A stretch of DNA of 64,000 nucleotides from a candidate division WOR-3 bacterium (GCA_965649295.1 CBFGKH010000002.1:227202-291201), one strand, 5' to 3'; counted from the stretch's first letter, positions 38,018 to 47,690 are shown. Made by a program: numbers and translations. The notes: generated by a model not told the origin, from the letters alone.

Positions 38018-40747
38018 ATGTCCGGAATCAGGGTTATCAAGTTGGCAGGCTGCTGCCTGCTTGCCATCACTACGGCATTCGCCGTGGCGCCTGTTGCCAA
38101 GTCACAACCAATTAGCAAGTTCGACACCGACGCCATCACAATTCCCAGAATGCTGTCTTATCAGGGGAAGCTGACCGACACCTTGGGTGTGCCGGTGGCA
38201 GACACGCTCTACTCGGTGCGGTTCCGGCTCTACACCCAGCCATCGGGCGGCACTCAGTTCTGGGAGGAGACCCAGAGCGTCCGCACGAAGGCAGGGCTGT
38301 TTTCAGTACTGCTTGGATCGGTGATGCCTATCAGTGCACTGCCCGATGGTGGTGAGGTCTATCTGGGAATGGCGGTTGACGGTGGGACCGAGCTTTCGCC
38401 TAGGCTACGGATAGCCAGCGCCGCGTATGCGTTTCTTTGTGAGCGGGCGGCGAATGCCGACCTGCTACAGGGCCGGGACACGGCTGCGCTCGATGGCCGG
38501 TATGTGAACGAAGGCCAAACGAACGCAGTCAACTCAGCGATGATTGCTGACGGCACGATAGCGGCAGCTGACCTTGGGCAGATGGGCGCCACAGTGGGGC
38601 AGGTAATGAAATGGACCGGCAGCGCCTGGGAGCCGCGGAACGACAGTGTGGGCGTCGCTGGTGGTGGCACGGTGACAAGCGTTAGTCAGGGGACCGGCGT
38701 GGTCTGCACGCCCAATCCGATTACCACAACCGGCACAGTGGCATTCGACCAGACCTATGGTGATGGCCGGTACCTGAACGAGGGCCAAACCGCGGGCGGC
38801 GACCTGACCGGCACCTATCCGAACCCGGTGCTTGCCCAGAGGGGAGCGAGCAACGGTCAGGTGCTGAAGTGGACTGGCAGCGCCTGGATGCCACAGAATG
38901 ACAGCACTGGTGGTGACAACGCCTGGGTGCGGGTCGGGTCAGACAGCGTGCTCTACACCTTGAACCGTGTTGGCCTCGCTCGCGGCGGGTCGCTCAACAT
39001 ACTGAACGGGACACAAGCCTACACCCAGACGAATCTGGGTGCCTACCAATGCACGACCGGTGTTGCCGGTGCGAGCTACAACTATCAGACTGTGAGCGGC
39101 GGCTATCGCTGTGTTGCCGAATCAACAGGCGCGACGGTTGGCGGCGGAAATGGAAACAAGGCCCGGGGGCAGTACTCGACAGTGACTGGCGGCTTCGTGA
39201 ACACAGCGACCGGCAGCTACGCTACAGTCAGTGGCGGGTATCAGAACGTGGCCAGCGGTTACCGGGCATTGGTTGGGGGTGGTTCTCAGAACATCGCGAG
39301 CGGCGACTACTCGGCTGTCGGCGCTGGTTACTCTGGCACGGCCAGGGCGCGTTACTGTGGTGTGTTATCGGGAGGCTCGAACCTTGCGGGCGATGATACA
39401 GACGATACGGCTGCAGTTGTGGCTGGCGGGTATGACAACTCGGTCACTGTTAGATATGCGACTGTTGGTGGTGGGTACCGAAACATCGCGAGCGGCGAGT
39501 ACGGCGTGGTCGGTGGCGGCTTCTATGACACAGCCAGGGCTCCATTCTCGGGTGTATTCTCTGGGTACTCTAACCTTGCTAGTGATACAGCGGCGGTCGC
39601 GGCCGGCGGATGGAACAACTCGGCCACTGGCAGATATGCAACTGTCGGTGGCGGGTATCAGAACACTGCGAGCGGGGACTACGCGGTGGTAAGCGGTGGC
39701 TCCAGCGACACCGCCCGAGCGCCGTACTCCGGCGTGCTCTCCGGTTACTCGAACCTGGCCGGTGACGACGCAAGTGACACAGCAGCGGCTGTGCTCAGCG
39801 GAAAGGACAACTCGGCCACCGGGCAATATTCAGTTGTGGGTGGTGGGTATGGGAACATCGCTAGCGGCCACTTCTCTACGGCCAGTGGCAGATCCAATAC
39901 CGCCTCGGGCCAGAACTCTGTGGTCAGCGGAGGGTTCGCCAATGCCGCGAGTGGCTCTTCCTCGACTGTCGGTGGCGGGGAGTACAATACCGCGAGTGGC
40001 TTGTACTCGACGGTCAGCGGCGGGACAAACAACCAGATCGCGAGTGGAACATACTACGCAACGGTCAGCGGTGGTTACAGCAATACCGCAGGTGGCAATG
40101 GTGCCACCGTTGGCGGCGGTAGCGAAAACACCGCAAGTTCGGGCGGTGCCACTGTTGGCGGCGGTAGCGATAACACTGCGAGTGGGCCCTACTCCACAGT
40201 GCCGGGCGGTGCCGCAAACGCGGCTCGCGGTCGGTACAGCTTTGCAGCAGGAATCCAAGCCAGAGCCGGTCACGCTGGTTCGTTTGTCTGGGGCGATTCC
40301 TCGGCTGGCATCGCGGAGACGGTGTACACTACAGGTCAGAATCAGTTCCGGGTTCGCGCGCGAGGCGGGACGTGGTTCTTCAGTAACCTAAGTATGACGA
40401 CCGGTGCTTATCTGGCACCGGGTTCCAACTCGTGGGCCTCAGCCTGTGACAGCGCCACGAAAGAGGACTTCCGTGACGTGGACAAACAGGAGCTACTGCG
40501 GAAGGTTGCTGGGCTGCGGGTGCGCAACTACAAGCTACGCGACCAGAATGACGGCACGCGACACATCGGGCCAGTGGCGCAGGAATTCCACGCGGCATTT
40601 GGGGTGGGTGAGGACAGTAAGAGCATCAACCTGGCCGATGCTGATGGTGTGCTGCTGGCCGCAGTGCAAGCGCTGTATGAGCAGAACCAGGAGCTGCGAG
40701 CGGAGCTGGACAACCTGAAGGCCCAGATGATTGCCGGGAAGAGGTGA
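38018..40747 (+). CDS. Secreted fibre-like repeat protein with C-terminal peptidase S74 (intramolecular chaperone) domain
   Basis: SD AAGGAGG; signal peptide; LSYQGKLTD N-domain; many 14-aa (A/S)TVGGG..N.ASG repeats; C-terminal CD..KE, HIGPVAQEF..FG and coiled coil. Confidence 0.85.
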   Translation: MSGIRVIKLAGCCLLAITTAFAVAPVAKSQPISKFDTDAITIPRMLSYQGKLTDTLGVPVADTLYSVRFRLYTQPSGGTQFWEETQSVRTKAGLFSVLLGSVMPISALPDGGEVYLGMAVDGGTELSPRLRIASAAYAFLCERAANADLLQGRDTAALDGRYVNEGQTNAVNSAMIADGTIAAADLGQMGATVGQVMKWTGSAWEPRNDSVGVAGGGTVTSVSQGTGVVCTPNPITTTGTVAFDQTYGDGRYLNEGQTAGGDLTGTYPNPVLAQRGASNGQVLKWTGSAWMPQNDSTGGDNAWVRVGSDSVLYTLNRVGLARGGSLNILNGTQAYTQTNLGAYQCTTGVAGASYNYQTVSGGYRCVAESTGATVGGGNGNKARGQYSTVTGGFVNTATGSYATVSGGYQNVASGYRALVGGGSQNIASGDYSAVGAGYSGTARARYCGVLSGGSNLAGDDTDDTAAVVAGGYDNSVTVRYATVGGGYRNIASGEYGVVGGGFYDTARAPFSGVFSGYSNLASDTAAVAAGGWNNSATGRYATVGGGYQNTASGDYAVVSGGSSDTARAPYSGVLSGYSNLAGDDASDTAAAVLSGKDNSATGQYSVVGGGYGNIASGHFSTASGRSNTASGQNSVVSGGFANAASGSSSTVGGGEYNTASGLYSTVSGGTNNQIASGTYYATVSGGYSNTAGGNGATVGGGSENTASSGGATVGGGSDNTASGPYSTVPGGAANAARGRYSFAAGIQARAGHAGSFVWGDSSAGIAETVYTTGQNQFRVRARGGTWFFSNLSMTTGAYLAPGSNSWASACDSATKEDFRDVDKQELLRKVAGLRVRNYKLRDQNDGTRHIGPVAQEFHAAFGVGEDSKSINLADADGVLLAAVQALYEQNQELRAELDNLKAQMIAGKR
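39100..40280 (+). repeat. Coding tandem repeats (14-aa units within three larger near-duplicated blocks)
   Basis: Recurring ATVGGGYxNxASGxY and TARAxxxGVxSGxSNLA..DTAAxV blocks. Confidence 0.8.
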
Positions 40748-41317
40748 AATGAGTTGGCCCGGGAAGAGAGGAGCCGCAGCCAGAACTAAGAAGAGAGGAG
40801 TCGTACCCGTCACTCGCAGAGTGACAACGGGGTGGCATCGGCAGGAACAGTCTGACATGACCAGCTTGGGCCGTTCTCTTGCACCCTCTTTGAGGTGCAA
40901 GGCCAGGTGGCCGTTATTGGCTCCAAGTTGACTGCGGTTGGGCTGATAGCCAATTTCTTTCTGTCACCCCTCCCTTGTCCCGGGGGTTGTTCCAGCAGGG
41001 CTGTGTCGGGCTCTGCTCGACAGGAACGCAGGATGGCTCTGCCGACGAGCTGCTGCTTTGGCTTCTAGGGCTGCGTCTGGAAGGACTGCTGATAGAGCCT
41101 TCCTAAGAGCCCGAGCCGATAATCTGGATTGAGCTGTTGGCTGTGATTGCGATTCTTTGTCGGTCAGGCTGGGGCAGTTGGCTCCGGGCGGAATCTGTGG
41201 TGGCCCTACCTGATTCTCTTGTTAGTCACTTGCTGGCCGGTTTGGGACGTGAGCCGCTCTCTTGGTCTTCGGCTGTGCTCGACTTGCACCGGTAGTCGGC
41301 TAATTGTGCCAGGTAGA

Positions 41318-41345
41318 TTGACTTCAGTTGCCGGCTTGGTAGGAT
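41318..41345 (+). promoter_or_regulatory. Promoter of oxidoreductase operon
   Basis: TTGACT-N16-TAGGAT. Confidence 0.6.
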
Positions 41346-41477
41346 GTATGTCCGCAACCGAAAACCGAGAATGGAGAGACAGGGACCAAAGCGGCGTGGG
41401 CTTGTGTTGGTTGCGGCAGCGAGAATGGTTGTGAATTGTGCACTGCAAGCGAGCGATTGCAGGATTACGGAGGAGTA

Positions 41478-42083
41478 ATGGCCGAAGTCTGTTTTAATCT
41501 GGCCGGCGAGCCGCTGGAGATTCGCTGGCATGGCCGTGGCGGCCAGGGCGCCAAGACGGCGGCGCTTTTGTTCGGTGAGGCCGCGCTTGATACCGGGATG
41601 TTCATTCAGGCGTTTCCGGAGTATGGGCCGGAGCGAATGGGTGCGCCGGTGCAGGCGTTCAACCGGCTTTCTGACAAGCCGATTCGTTCTTATGCCGGAA
41701 TCAAGCGGCCGCGGGTCGTGGTGGTGCTCGATGCGTCGCTGATTGAGTCGGCCCACGTGGTGGATGGACTGCGCGAGGATGGCATCCTCTTAGTGAACAC
41801 CACTGAGAAACCAGAGGAACTGCGCAAGCGGCTGGGGCTGGCGCCGACCGTCAAGGTCTATACGGTTGATGCATCGCGGATTGCGATGGAGACAGTGGGC
41901 AAGAATGTGCCAAATACGCCGATGCTCGGGGCCTTGGTCAAGGCGACTGGCGTGCTATCGTTTGAGCAGATGATGGAGGCAATCAAGCACAAGCTCGCTG
42001 AGAAGTTCCGCGGCGGCAAGGAGCAGTTCATCGAGCCGAACCTGGTGAGCGTCAAGCGGGCCTACGAAGAGGCGAGGTGTTAG
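41478..42083 (+). CDS. porC: Pyruvate/2-oxoacid:ferredoxin oxidoreductase gamma subunit
   Basis: EIRWHGRGGQGAKT, QAFPEYGPERMGAPV, PNTPMLGA; ATG after GGAGGAG. Confidence 0.92.
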   Translation: MAEVCFNLAGEPLEIRWHGRGGQGAKTAALLFGEAALDTGMFIQAFPEYGPERMGAPVQAFNRLSDKPIRSYAGIKRPRVVVVLDASLIESAHVVDGLREDGILLVNTTEKPEELRKRLGLAPTVKVYTVDASRIAMETVGKNVPNTPMLGALVKATGVLSFEQMMEAIKHKLAEKFRGGKEQFIEPNLVSVKRAYEEARC

Positions 42084-42159
42084 GCTATGGCGAGTAGCAA
42101 GTCAGCAGTTAGGACGCAGACAGCTTACCGAATGTGTGGCTCGGGGAGGACGGAGTAAG

Positions 42160-42450
42160 ATGGCAAAGCTGAAGAGTTGGCAGGAGCTGCCCTGCGGGGC
42201 AATCATCGAGGACTTGGCAGCGGTGCGGGAGAACAAGACCGGCGCCTGGCGGTCAATGCGGCCGGTGTGGAGCAAGGAGAAATGCATCTCCTGCCTGACC
42301 TGCTGGATTTACTGTCCGGACTCGGCAATCATTGTCGAGGACGGCAAGATGACCGGTATTGACTATGACTACTGCAAGGGCTGTGGTATCTGTGCGAGCG
42401 TCTGCCCGCCCAAGGTCCACGCGATTGACATGGAAACGGAGCGTAAGTAG
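42160..42450 (+). CDS. porD: 2-oxoacid:ferredoxin oxidoreductase delta subunit (2x[4Fe-4S])
   Basis: TGAWRSMRPV, CISCLTCWIYCP, DYDYCKGCGICASVCP. Confidence 0.92.
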   Translation: MAKLKSWQELPCGAIIEDLAAVRENKTGAWRSMRPVWSKEKCISCLTCWIYCPDSAIIVEDGKMTGIDYDYCKGCGICASVCPPKVHAIDMETERK

Positions 42451-42497
42451 ATGACGACCCGTGAATGGCAGATGGCAACTGGTGGCTGGGAGGGAAG

Positions 42498-43655
42498 ATG
42501 AAGACGCTGGCCAAGACCGGCAATGAGGCACTGGCCTATGCGATGCGGCAGATTAATCCGGACGTGGTCGCGGCCTATCCGATCACGCCCTCGACCGAGA
42601 TTGTCCAGATATTTGCCGGCTATGTGAATGACGGCCTGGTGGATTCGGAGTTTGTGGCGGTGGAGAGTGAGCATTCGGCAATGGCGGCCTGCATTGGTGC
42701 GGCGGCTTCTGGCTGCCGAACAATGACGGCTACGGCATCACAGGGTCTGGCCTTGATGCACGAGATGCTCTTTATTGCCGGTGGGCTGCGGCTGCCGATT
42801 GTGATGGCGGTGGCGTCGCGGGCGCTGTCCTCGCCGTTGAACATCCATGGCGACCACTCCGATAGTATCGCCTCGCGCGATTCGGGCTGGCTGCAGTTCT
42901 TTTCCGAGACGGTGCAGGAAGGCTATGACACCCTGATTCAGGCGGTCAAAATCGCCGAACGGACAAGCCTGCCAGCGATGTGCTGCGTGGATGGATTCAT
43001 CCTGTCGCACTGCATGGAGCGGGTCGAGGTGTTCGAAGATGAACAGGTGCGGAACTGGCTTGGTGCTTACCGGGCGAACTACAACCTGCTTGATGTGAAG
43101 AAGCCGATTCTGGTTGGGCCGGCAACGATGCAGGACTACTACTTTGAGTTCAAACGTTCTCAGATTGAAGGGATGAACCGGGCCCTGCCGATGATTGTGC
43201 AGGTTCAGCAGGAGTTCGCTCAGGAGTTTGGTCGTGGCTACAGCGTGATTGATGAGTACCGCTGTGAGGATGCCGAAGTTGTGGCTCTGCTGATGGGTTC
43301 GGCCTGCGGCACGATGCGTGAGGCAGTGGACGCGCTCCGCCAACAGGGCAAGAAGGTCGGGATGGTGAAGCTTCGGGTCTATCGGCCGTTCCCGGCCGCC
43401 TTGCTGCGCCAGAGCCTGAAGCGTTTCAAGACGGTGGCGATTTTGGACCGGGCTGATACGGTTAGTGGCTGGGCAGGTGCGCTCTACACCGAGACGACTT
43501 CGGCGCTTTACGACCTGGAGCAGCGACCCAAGACACTGGCCTATGTCTATGGTCTCGGCGGTAAGGAGTTTGCGCCAACCGACGCGGCAGCAGTGCTCGA
43601 GCAGGCGCTGACGGGCAAGAAGGATGAGTTTGTGACCTACGTGGGAGTGAGGTAA
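42498..43655 (+). CDS. porA: 2-oxoacid:ferredoxin oxidoreductase alpha subunit
   Basis: GNEALA, AAYPITPSTEI, VESEHSAM, TASQGLALM, PLNIHGDHSD, YGLGG. Confidence 0.93.
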   Translation: MKTLAKTGNEALAYAMRQINPDVVAAYPITPSTEIVQIFAGYVNDGLVDSEFVAVESEHSAMAACIGAAASGCRTMTATASQGLALMHEMLFIAGGLRLPIVMAVASRALSSPLNIHGDHSDSIASRDSGWLQFFSETVQEGYDTLIQAVKIAERTSLPAMCCVDGFILSHCMERVEVFEDEQVRNWLGAYRANYNLLDVKKPILVGPATMQDYYFEFKRSQIEGMNRALPMIVQVQQEFAQEFGRGYSVIDEYRCEDAEVVALLMGSACGTMREAVDALRQQGKKVGMVKLRVYRPFPAALLRQSLKRFKTVAILDRADTVSGWAGALYTETTSALYDLEQRPKTLAYVYGLGGKEFAPTDAAAVLEQALTGKKDEFVTYVGVR

Positions 43656-43658
43656 GCG

Positions 43659-44594
43659 ATGGCGAGACTCAAAGACCTTTGTCAGAATCGGGAGCTTTTC
43701 TCCAAGGGACACCGGGCCTGTGCTGGTTGTGGTGAGGCGCTGGCAGTGCGCCAGATACTGCTGGCTGCGCCGCAGCCGGTTGTCGGCATCATGCCGACCG
43801 GCTGCCTGGAGATATTCTCGTCAATCTATCCCCATTCGGCGTGGCAGATACCGATGATTCATACCGCGTTTGAGACGGCAGCCTCAACTGCGTCTGGGGT
43901 GGTGGCGGCCTACGACTTTGCGAAGAAGCAGGGCCGAATCAAAGAGAACATCAATATCATCGCATTCGGCGGTGACGGCGGTACCTACGACATCGGATTT
44001 CAGGCCCTCTCCGGGGCAGTTGAACGGCGGCATAAGTTCCTCTATGTCTGCTGCGACAACGAGGGCTATATGAATACCGGTATTCAGCGGTCCTCAGCCA
44101 CGCCCTACGGTGCGCACACGACGACCTCGCCGGCCGGCAAGAAGGTGCCGGGTAAGCAGATGCACCGTAAGGACCTGATGGAGATAATGATTGCGCACAA
44201 CGTCGCTTATGCCGGTCAGGCTACGGTGGCGCTGTGGAATGACCTGGTTGAGAAGGTGCGCAAGGCGCTGGCCGCTGACGGGCCGTCATTTCTGAATGTG
44301 CTCGTGCCCTGTCCGCTTGGCTGGGGCCATGCTGGCGCCGATACCATCAAGTATTCGAAGCTGGCGGCGGACACTGGGTTCTGGCCAATCTATGAGTATC
44401 AGGACGGCAAGTACAAGATAAACTACGAGCCGAAAGAGCGGTTGCCGGTCGTCGAGTTCATGAAGGGGCAGGGCCGGTATGCTCACCTGTTCAAGGGTAA
44501 AGAAGGCGAGGAGATTATCGCCGAGGTTCAGCGCCAGATTGACGCGCAATGGCAACTGCTGCATCGCAAGCAGGAGTGCTTTGCCGCGTCCTAG
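43659..44594 (+). CDS. porB: 2-oxoacid:ferredoxin oxidoreductase beta subunit
   Basis: GHRACAGCG, TGCLE, GGDGGTYDIG, DNEGYMNTGIQRS, PCPLGW. Confidence 0.93.
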   Translation: MARLKDLCQNRELFSKGHRACAGCGEALAVRQILLAAPQPVVGIMPTGCLEIFSSIYPHSAWQIPMIHTAFETAASTASGVVAAYDFAKKQGRIKENINIIAFGGDGGTYDIGFQALSGAVERRHKFLYVCCDNEGYMNTGIQRSSATPYGAHTTTSPAGKKVPGKQMHRKDLMEIMIAHNVAYAGQATVALWNDLVEKVRKALAADGPSFLNVLVPCPLGWGHAGADTIKYSKLAADTGFWPIYEYQDGKYKINYEPKERLPVVEFMKGQGRYAHLFKGKEGEEIIAEVQRQIDAQWQLLHRKQECFAAS

Positions 44595-44621
44595 TTTCGA
44601 CCGAGCCGAAGCAGAGGCAGC

Positions 44622-44653
44622 GCGGGGCGGCAGGTGCCGCCCCGCCGGCTTTG
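44622..44653 (+). terminator. Probable terminator hairpin after porB
   Basis: GCGGGGCG/CGCCCCGC stem; only a weak T tract follows. Confidence 0.4.
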
Positions 44654-44672
44654 GGCGGTAACCCTTCGGTCA

Positions 44673-44701
44673 TTGACGCAGTTAGCAATATCAGCTAACA
44701 T
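44673..44701 (+). promoter_or_regulatory. Leaderless promoter containing palindromic candidate operator
   Basis: TTGACG-N17-TAACAT, 5 nt before GTG 44707; GTTAGC-N7-GCTAAC at 44681-44699. Confidence 0.55.
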
Positions 44702-44706
44702 TATAT

Positions 44707-45660
44707 GTGGTTAGCGTGGAACTGCGCAGGCCGGATGCTTTCTGCTTCCGCGTGCGCGAGCCGCGGCCGGGATGGAATGTGCTGGTGCCGACTCCGGGCA
44801 CGGGCACGGTTGACCTAGCGGTTCTGCTCAAGGAAGCACCCGAGTTTATCGCCCTCGACTCGGGCCGTTCGCTTCCCGCGATCAGTTTTCCCTTTCTCGA
44901 CAAAGACCAGGCGCCGGGCCGGCTGACAATCGTCCTCGATACCGCCGGCAGCATTGCGCTAGCGGCGGCGCCAGCGCCGAACCGCGAGTCGGCGACAGCG
45001 CTGGTGCGGGATGCGCTTGGTGCCCATGTTCGGTTCTGGCGGATGCCGGTTGATGACTTTCTGAAGTTTGCCGAGCAGCGGCTCGGTCAACCGGTGCTGC
45101 CATTATTGGCTGAGCGCGCTGGTGCAGACTGGGACGAGAAGACATTCCGAACCGGGCTTGAGGCCGGGCTGCGCCAAGGCCGTTTTCCCCTAGCAATTCT
45201 GGCTGCGGCGCTCGATGCCGAGTTGCAGGCGGCTGCCACCTATCTTCACGAGATGAATATGACCGTGCGAGCGCTCGGGGTGGAAATCTACGAAAGCTGG
45301 GGGGTGGAAATCCTGTTGCCGAAGGTTCATCTCGTTCCCGAGCTGGCTGGCAAGCCGGTGCACCGGCCAATGCCACCGATGGGCGCAGCGCCGCTCCGTC
45401 CCGGATTCGTCACGCCGCCGGCAACCGCTCCGAAGCCGGCTACTAAACCTGAAACCAAGGAAGAGAAGAAGACAACGCTGTTCTCGTTTGAGCCACCGCC
45501 AGGGTTCGGCAAGCTCGACAATGTGCCGATGAACGGGGATAAGTCCGAGCCAGCCAAGTCCGGGACCGACAAGACCGGTTCGGGTGAACGGGTCTGGAGC
45601 GGCACCCAGGCGGGCGTGATGGCGGGTAAGCGGCCAGCGCCGCGACCCAAACAACGATGA
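44707..45660 (+). CDS. Hypothetical protein, degenerate PD-(D/E)XK-like domain plus Pro/Lys-rich tail (paralog A)
   Basis: Coding-like ORF; similar to next ORF (EAPEF, L.xG(R/K)FPL, YL..MN..VR.LG). Confidence 0.65.
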   Translation: MVSVELRRPDAFCFRVREPRPGWNVLVPTPGTGTVDLAVLLKEAPEFIALDSGRSLPAISFPFLDKDQAPGRLTIVLDTAGSIALAAAPAPNRESATALVRDALGAHVRFWRMPVDDFLKFAEQRLGQPVLPLLAERAGADWDEKTFRTGLEAGLRQGRFPLAILAAALDAELQAAATYLHEMNMTVRALGVEIYESWGVEILLPKVHLVPELAGKPVHRPMPPMGAAPLRPGFVTPPATAPKPATKPETKEEKKTTLFSFEPPPGFGKLDNVPMNGDKSEPAKSGTDKTGSGERVWSGTQAGVMAGKRPAPRPKQR

Positions 45661-46850
45661 GCACCGGCTTTGCGCCGTTCTTTGCTAGGTTCAGACGTGC
45701 GGGTGACCGCTGGTTTGCCTTTACCGGCAAACCGGGTGAGGCGCTGGCGGATTCAGCCCAACTGGTAGCAGAGGCACCGGAGTTTGTAGGCGCAGCCTTT
45801 GCCGACCGGCCGCTGCCGCGGGCAGCGATGGTAGCCCCAGGGTCAGATTCTGGTCGGGTGCTGGTTGTGGTCGGTGAGACCGGTGACGTTGTGCTGGTGG
45901 CCTGTCCGGAGCCGGGCCGAATGGCGCCGTTGGTGGGTGAGATGCTGGCAGCCAGCGCCAAGCTCTGGCATCAGAAATTCGAGGGATTGGCCAAGCCTTT
46001 TGCTGAGTTCCTCGGCATGAGCCTGCTCGAGTGGATTGCCATTCGCGTCGGGCCAGGCTGGGCTCAGGATAAGTTCAAGGCTGGTCTGAATGAGAGTCTC
46101 AACCGTGGGAAGTTTCCGCTCGTCATCGTGACGACTGCGCTGGACAGCAGCGTCAGCGAGGCGGTTCAGTACTTACGCAATCTCAACCTTGAGGTGCGAG
46201 TGCTGGGCGCCGACTACCTGCTGAGCGACGGCGATGAGATGGTGCGGCCGAAGTTGCTTGAGGCCGCCGCACCGTCGCCGAGCGAGCCGGTGTCGAGACC
46301 GACGCCGCAAGCCGAGCCGCAGCGGCCGCCACTAGGCGTGATTCCGCAACCGACGCCGACACTCGGTAACGGCCCGGCAACACCGACGGTCAGCATCGGC
46401 AGTACCACGCCGACAAGACCATTTGACGGTCCGACCAAGGAATACGAGCCGTTCCCGGCTTCGAACGCAACGCCGAAGCAGCAGGAGATTCTGAACAAGC
46501 TGCTGCCATTGGCTGAGCTAGGCCTGGAGCGGCGCGGGTTTGAGTACTTTCCGCCCAAGGCCCAGGGCAAGGCAGCGATGGAGGGAACCATCGTAGTGGC
46601 AATTGACAGTGACCGCTGGCCGTTTCCGCAGAACGAGGAGGTCATTGTCGTCGTGCGGACCGGGCCGGAGTTCCTAGCCGGCTATTTGCACATTACGCCG
46701 GCTGAGGCCGAGGATTTTCTTGGGTCGCTGCCCCGGGTTGAGCGCAAGGAGCACAAGGGTGCCCTGCTACTGCGGGCAGCCAGCGTCCACGAAGCAACGC
46801 AGCTTGTCAACGAGCTGCGGGCGCTCAAAGAGATTGCCGGCGGCGGCTAG
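45657..46850 (+). CDS. Hypothetical protein, degenerate PD-(D/E)XK-like domain, Pro-rich linker and extra C-terminal domain (paralog B)
   Basis: ATGA overlap with paralog A; same conserved blocks. Confidence 0.65.
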   Translation: MSTGFAPFFARFRRAGDRWFAFTGKPGEALADSAQLVAEAPEFVGAAFADRPLPRAAMVAPGSDSGRVLVVVGETGDVVLVACPEPGRMAPLVGEMLAASAKLWHQKFEGLAKPFAEFLGMSLLEWIAIRVGPGWAQDKFKAGLNESLNRGKFPLVIVTTALDSSVSEAVQYLRNLNLEVRVLGADYLLSDGDEMVRPKLLEAAAPSPSEPVSRPTPQAEPQRPPLGVIPQPTPTLGNGPATPTVSIGSTTPTRPFDGPTKEYEPFPASNATPKQQEILNKLLPLAELGLERRGFEYFPPKAQGKAAMEGTIVVAIDSDRWPFPQNEEVIVVVRTGPEFLAGYLHITPAEAEDFLGSLPRVERKEHKGALLLRAASVHEATQLVNELRALKEIAGGG

Positions 46851-46862
46851 CCGCCACCGCCG

Positions 46863-47609
46863 CTAGTCGGTTCCAAACCAGCCATACTCACCAACCCGTT
46901 CAAAGCCCATACTTTCGGTTAGTCGGATTGATGGCTGGTTCTTTTTGACGATATAGAGAAACGGGGTCCGGCCGAGCCGGAGCAGGCGGCCGGCCAAGGC
47001 GGTGGTGATGGCGCGCGCCATATCCTGACCGCGGTATTCTTCTAGCACGTGCAGAAATCCCATTGAACCGTCGTCGTGCGTCAGGCCCCAGGCAACAAGC
47101 CGACCAGCCTTGCGGATGCCATAGGCCGGGCCGGCCTGGATGCGCCAGCGCAGGTGCGCAAGGCTGCGGCCGTAGGGCCAGTAGTTGCGAATGACAGCGG
47201 CATCCTCAGGTCGGAGCGACGTGACTCGGTGCGAGCGGTTGATGACGAGTCGTTCGGGCCGGAGGTAATAGAGGTAGCAGGGGGTGAGCCAGGTCTTGCG
47301 GCCCTTATCCCGGCCAGGCCAGTTGCGGCGAATCAGCCGGTAGAACCGCATTGGTGTTGAGCCAAAGCGCAGCCGCAGGTGGCGCGGAACCTCGCGGATG
47401 ACGGCGCTGGCAGCGCGGCTGTCGCTGGCAAAGAGCGTGAGCCGGCGGGTGCGGCAGAGGACTGCCCGGGGGTTGGTAAGGCTGTCAACGCGGAGCCAGG
47501 TCGGTAGGACACTGCCAATGCCAAAGACCAGGTTGTGAACTGACTGGGCCGCGGGCAGGTTGGCCGTAAGCAGGGGGCGGAGTAGCTCGCGGTCACGGCA
47601 GATGGGCAT
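46863..47609 (-). CDS. GNAT-family N-acetyltransferase (FR47-like C-terminal domain)
   Basis: LVAWGL..DGSMGFLHVLEEYRGQDMAR, N.PSIRL.ESMGF. Confidence 0.85.
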   Translation of the reverse strand: MPICRDRELLRPLLTANLPAAQSVHNLVFGIGSVLPTWLRVDSLTNPRAVLCRTRRLTLFASDSRAASAVIREVPRHLRLRFGSTPMRFYRLIRRNWPGRDKGRKTWLTPCYLYYLRPERLVINRSHRVTSLRPEDAAVIRNYWPYGRSLAHLRWRIQAGPAYGIRKAGRLVAWGLTHDDGSMGFLHVLEEYRGQDMARAITTALAGRLLRLGRTPFLYIVKKNQPSIRLTESMGFERVGEYGWFGTD

Positions 47610-47615
47610 CGGCGA

Positions 47616-47684
47616 AGGATAACCACGGCCCTCAGACGGTCAAGCAGCGGCAGGGCTTGACTGGCAGAGCCAGGCCTCTAGCCT
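47616..47684. promoter_or_regulatory. Back-to-back leaderless promoters (GNAT / queH)
   Basis: Minus: TTGACC-N16-TATCCT-6nt-ATG; plus: TTGACT-N16-TAGCCT-6nt-GTG. Confidence 0.7.
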
Positions 47685-47690
47685 AGTCAG

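Noticed and set aside
39100..40280. CRISPR-like periodic repeats
   Set aside because: Repeats are in-frame and degenerate at codon third positions; no spacers or cas genes
41429..41446. Rex operator before the por operon (TTGTGAA...)
   Set aside because: Only the left half-site matches; right half and spacing are poor
38018..41470. Prophage or diversity-generating retroelement around the fibre gene
   Set aside because: No phage genes, integrase, reverse transcriptase or template-repeat copy in the window
16226..43712. Long antisense ORFs (16226-17101, 34787-35599, 42738-43712 and others)
   Set aside because: Opposite well-supported genes, no motifs; expected in GC-rich DNA
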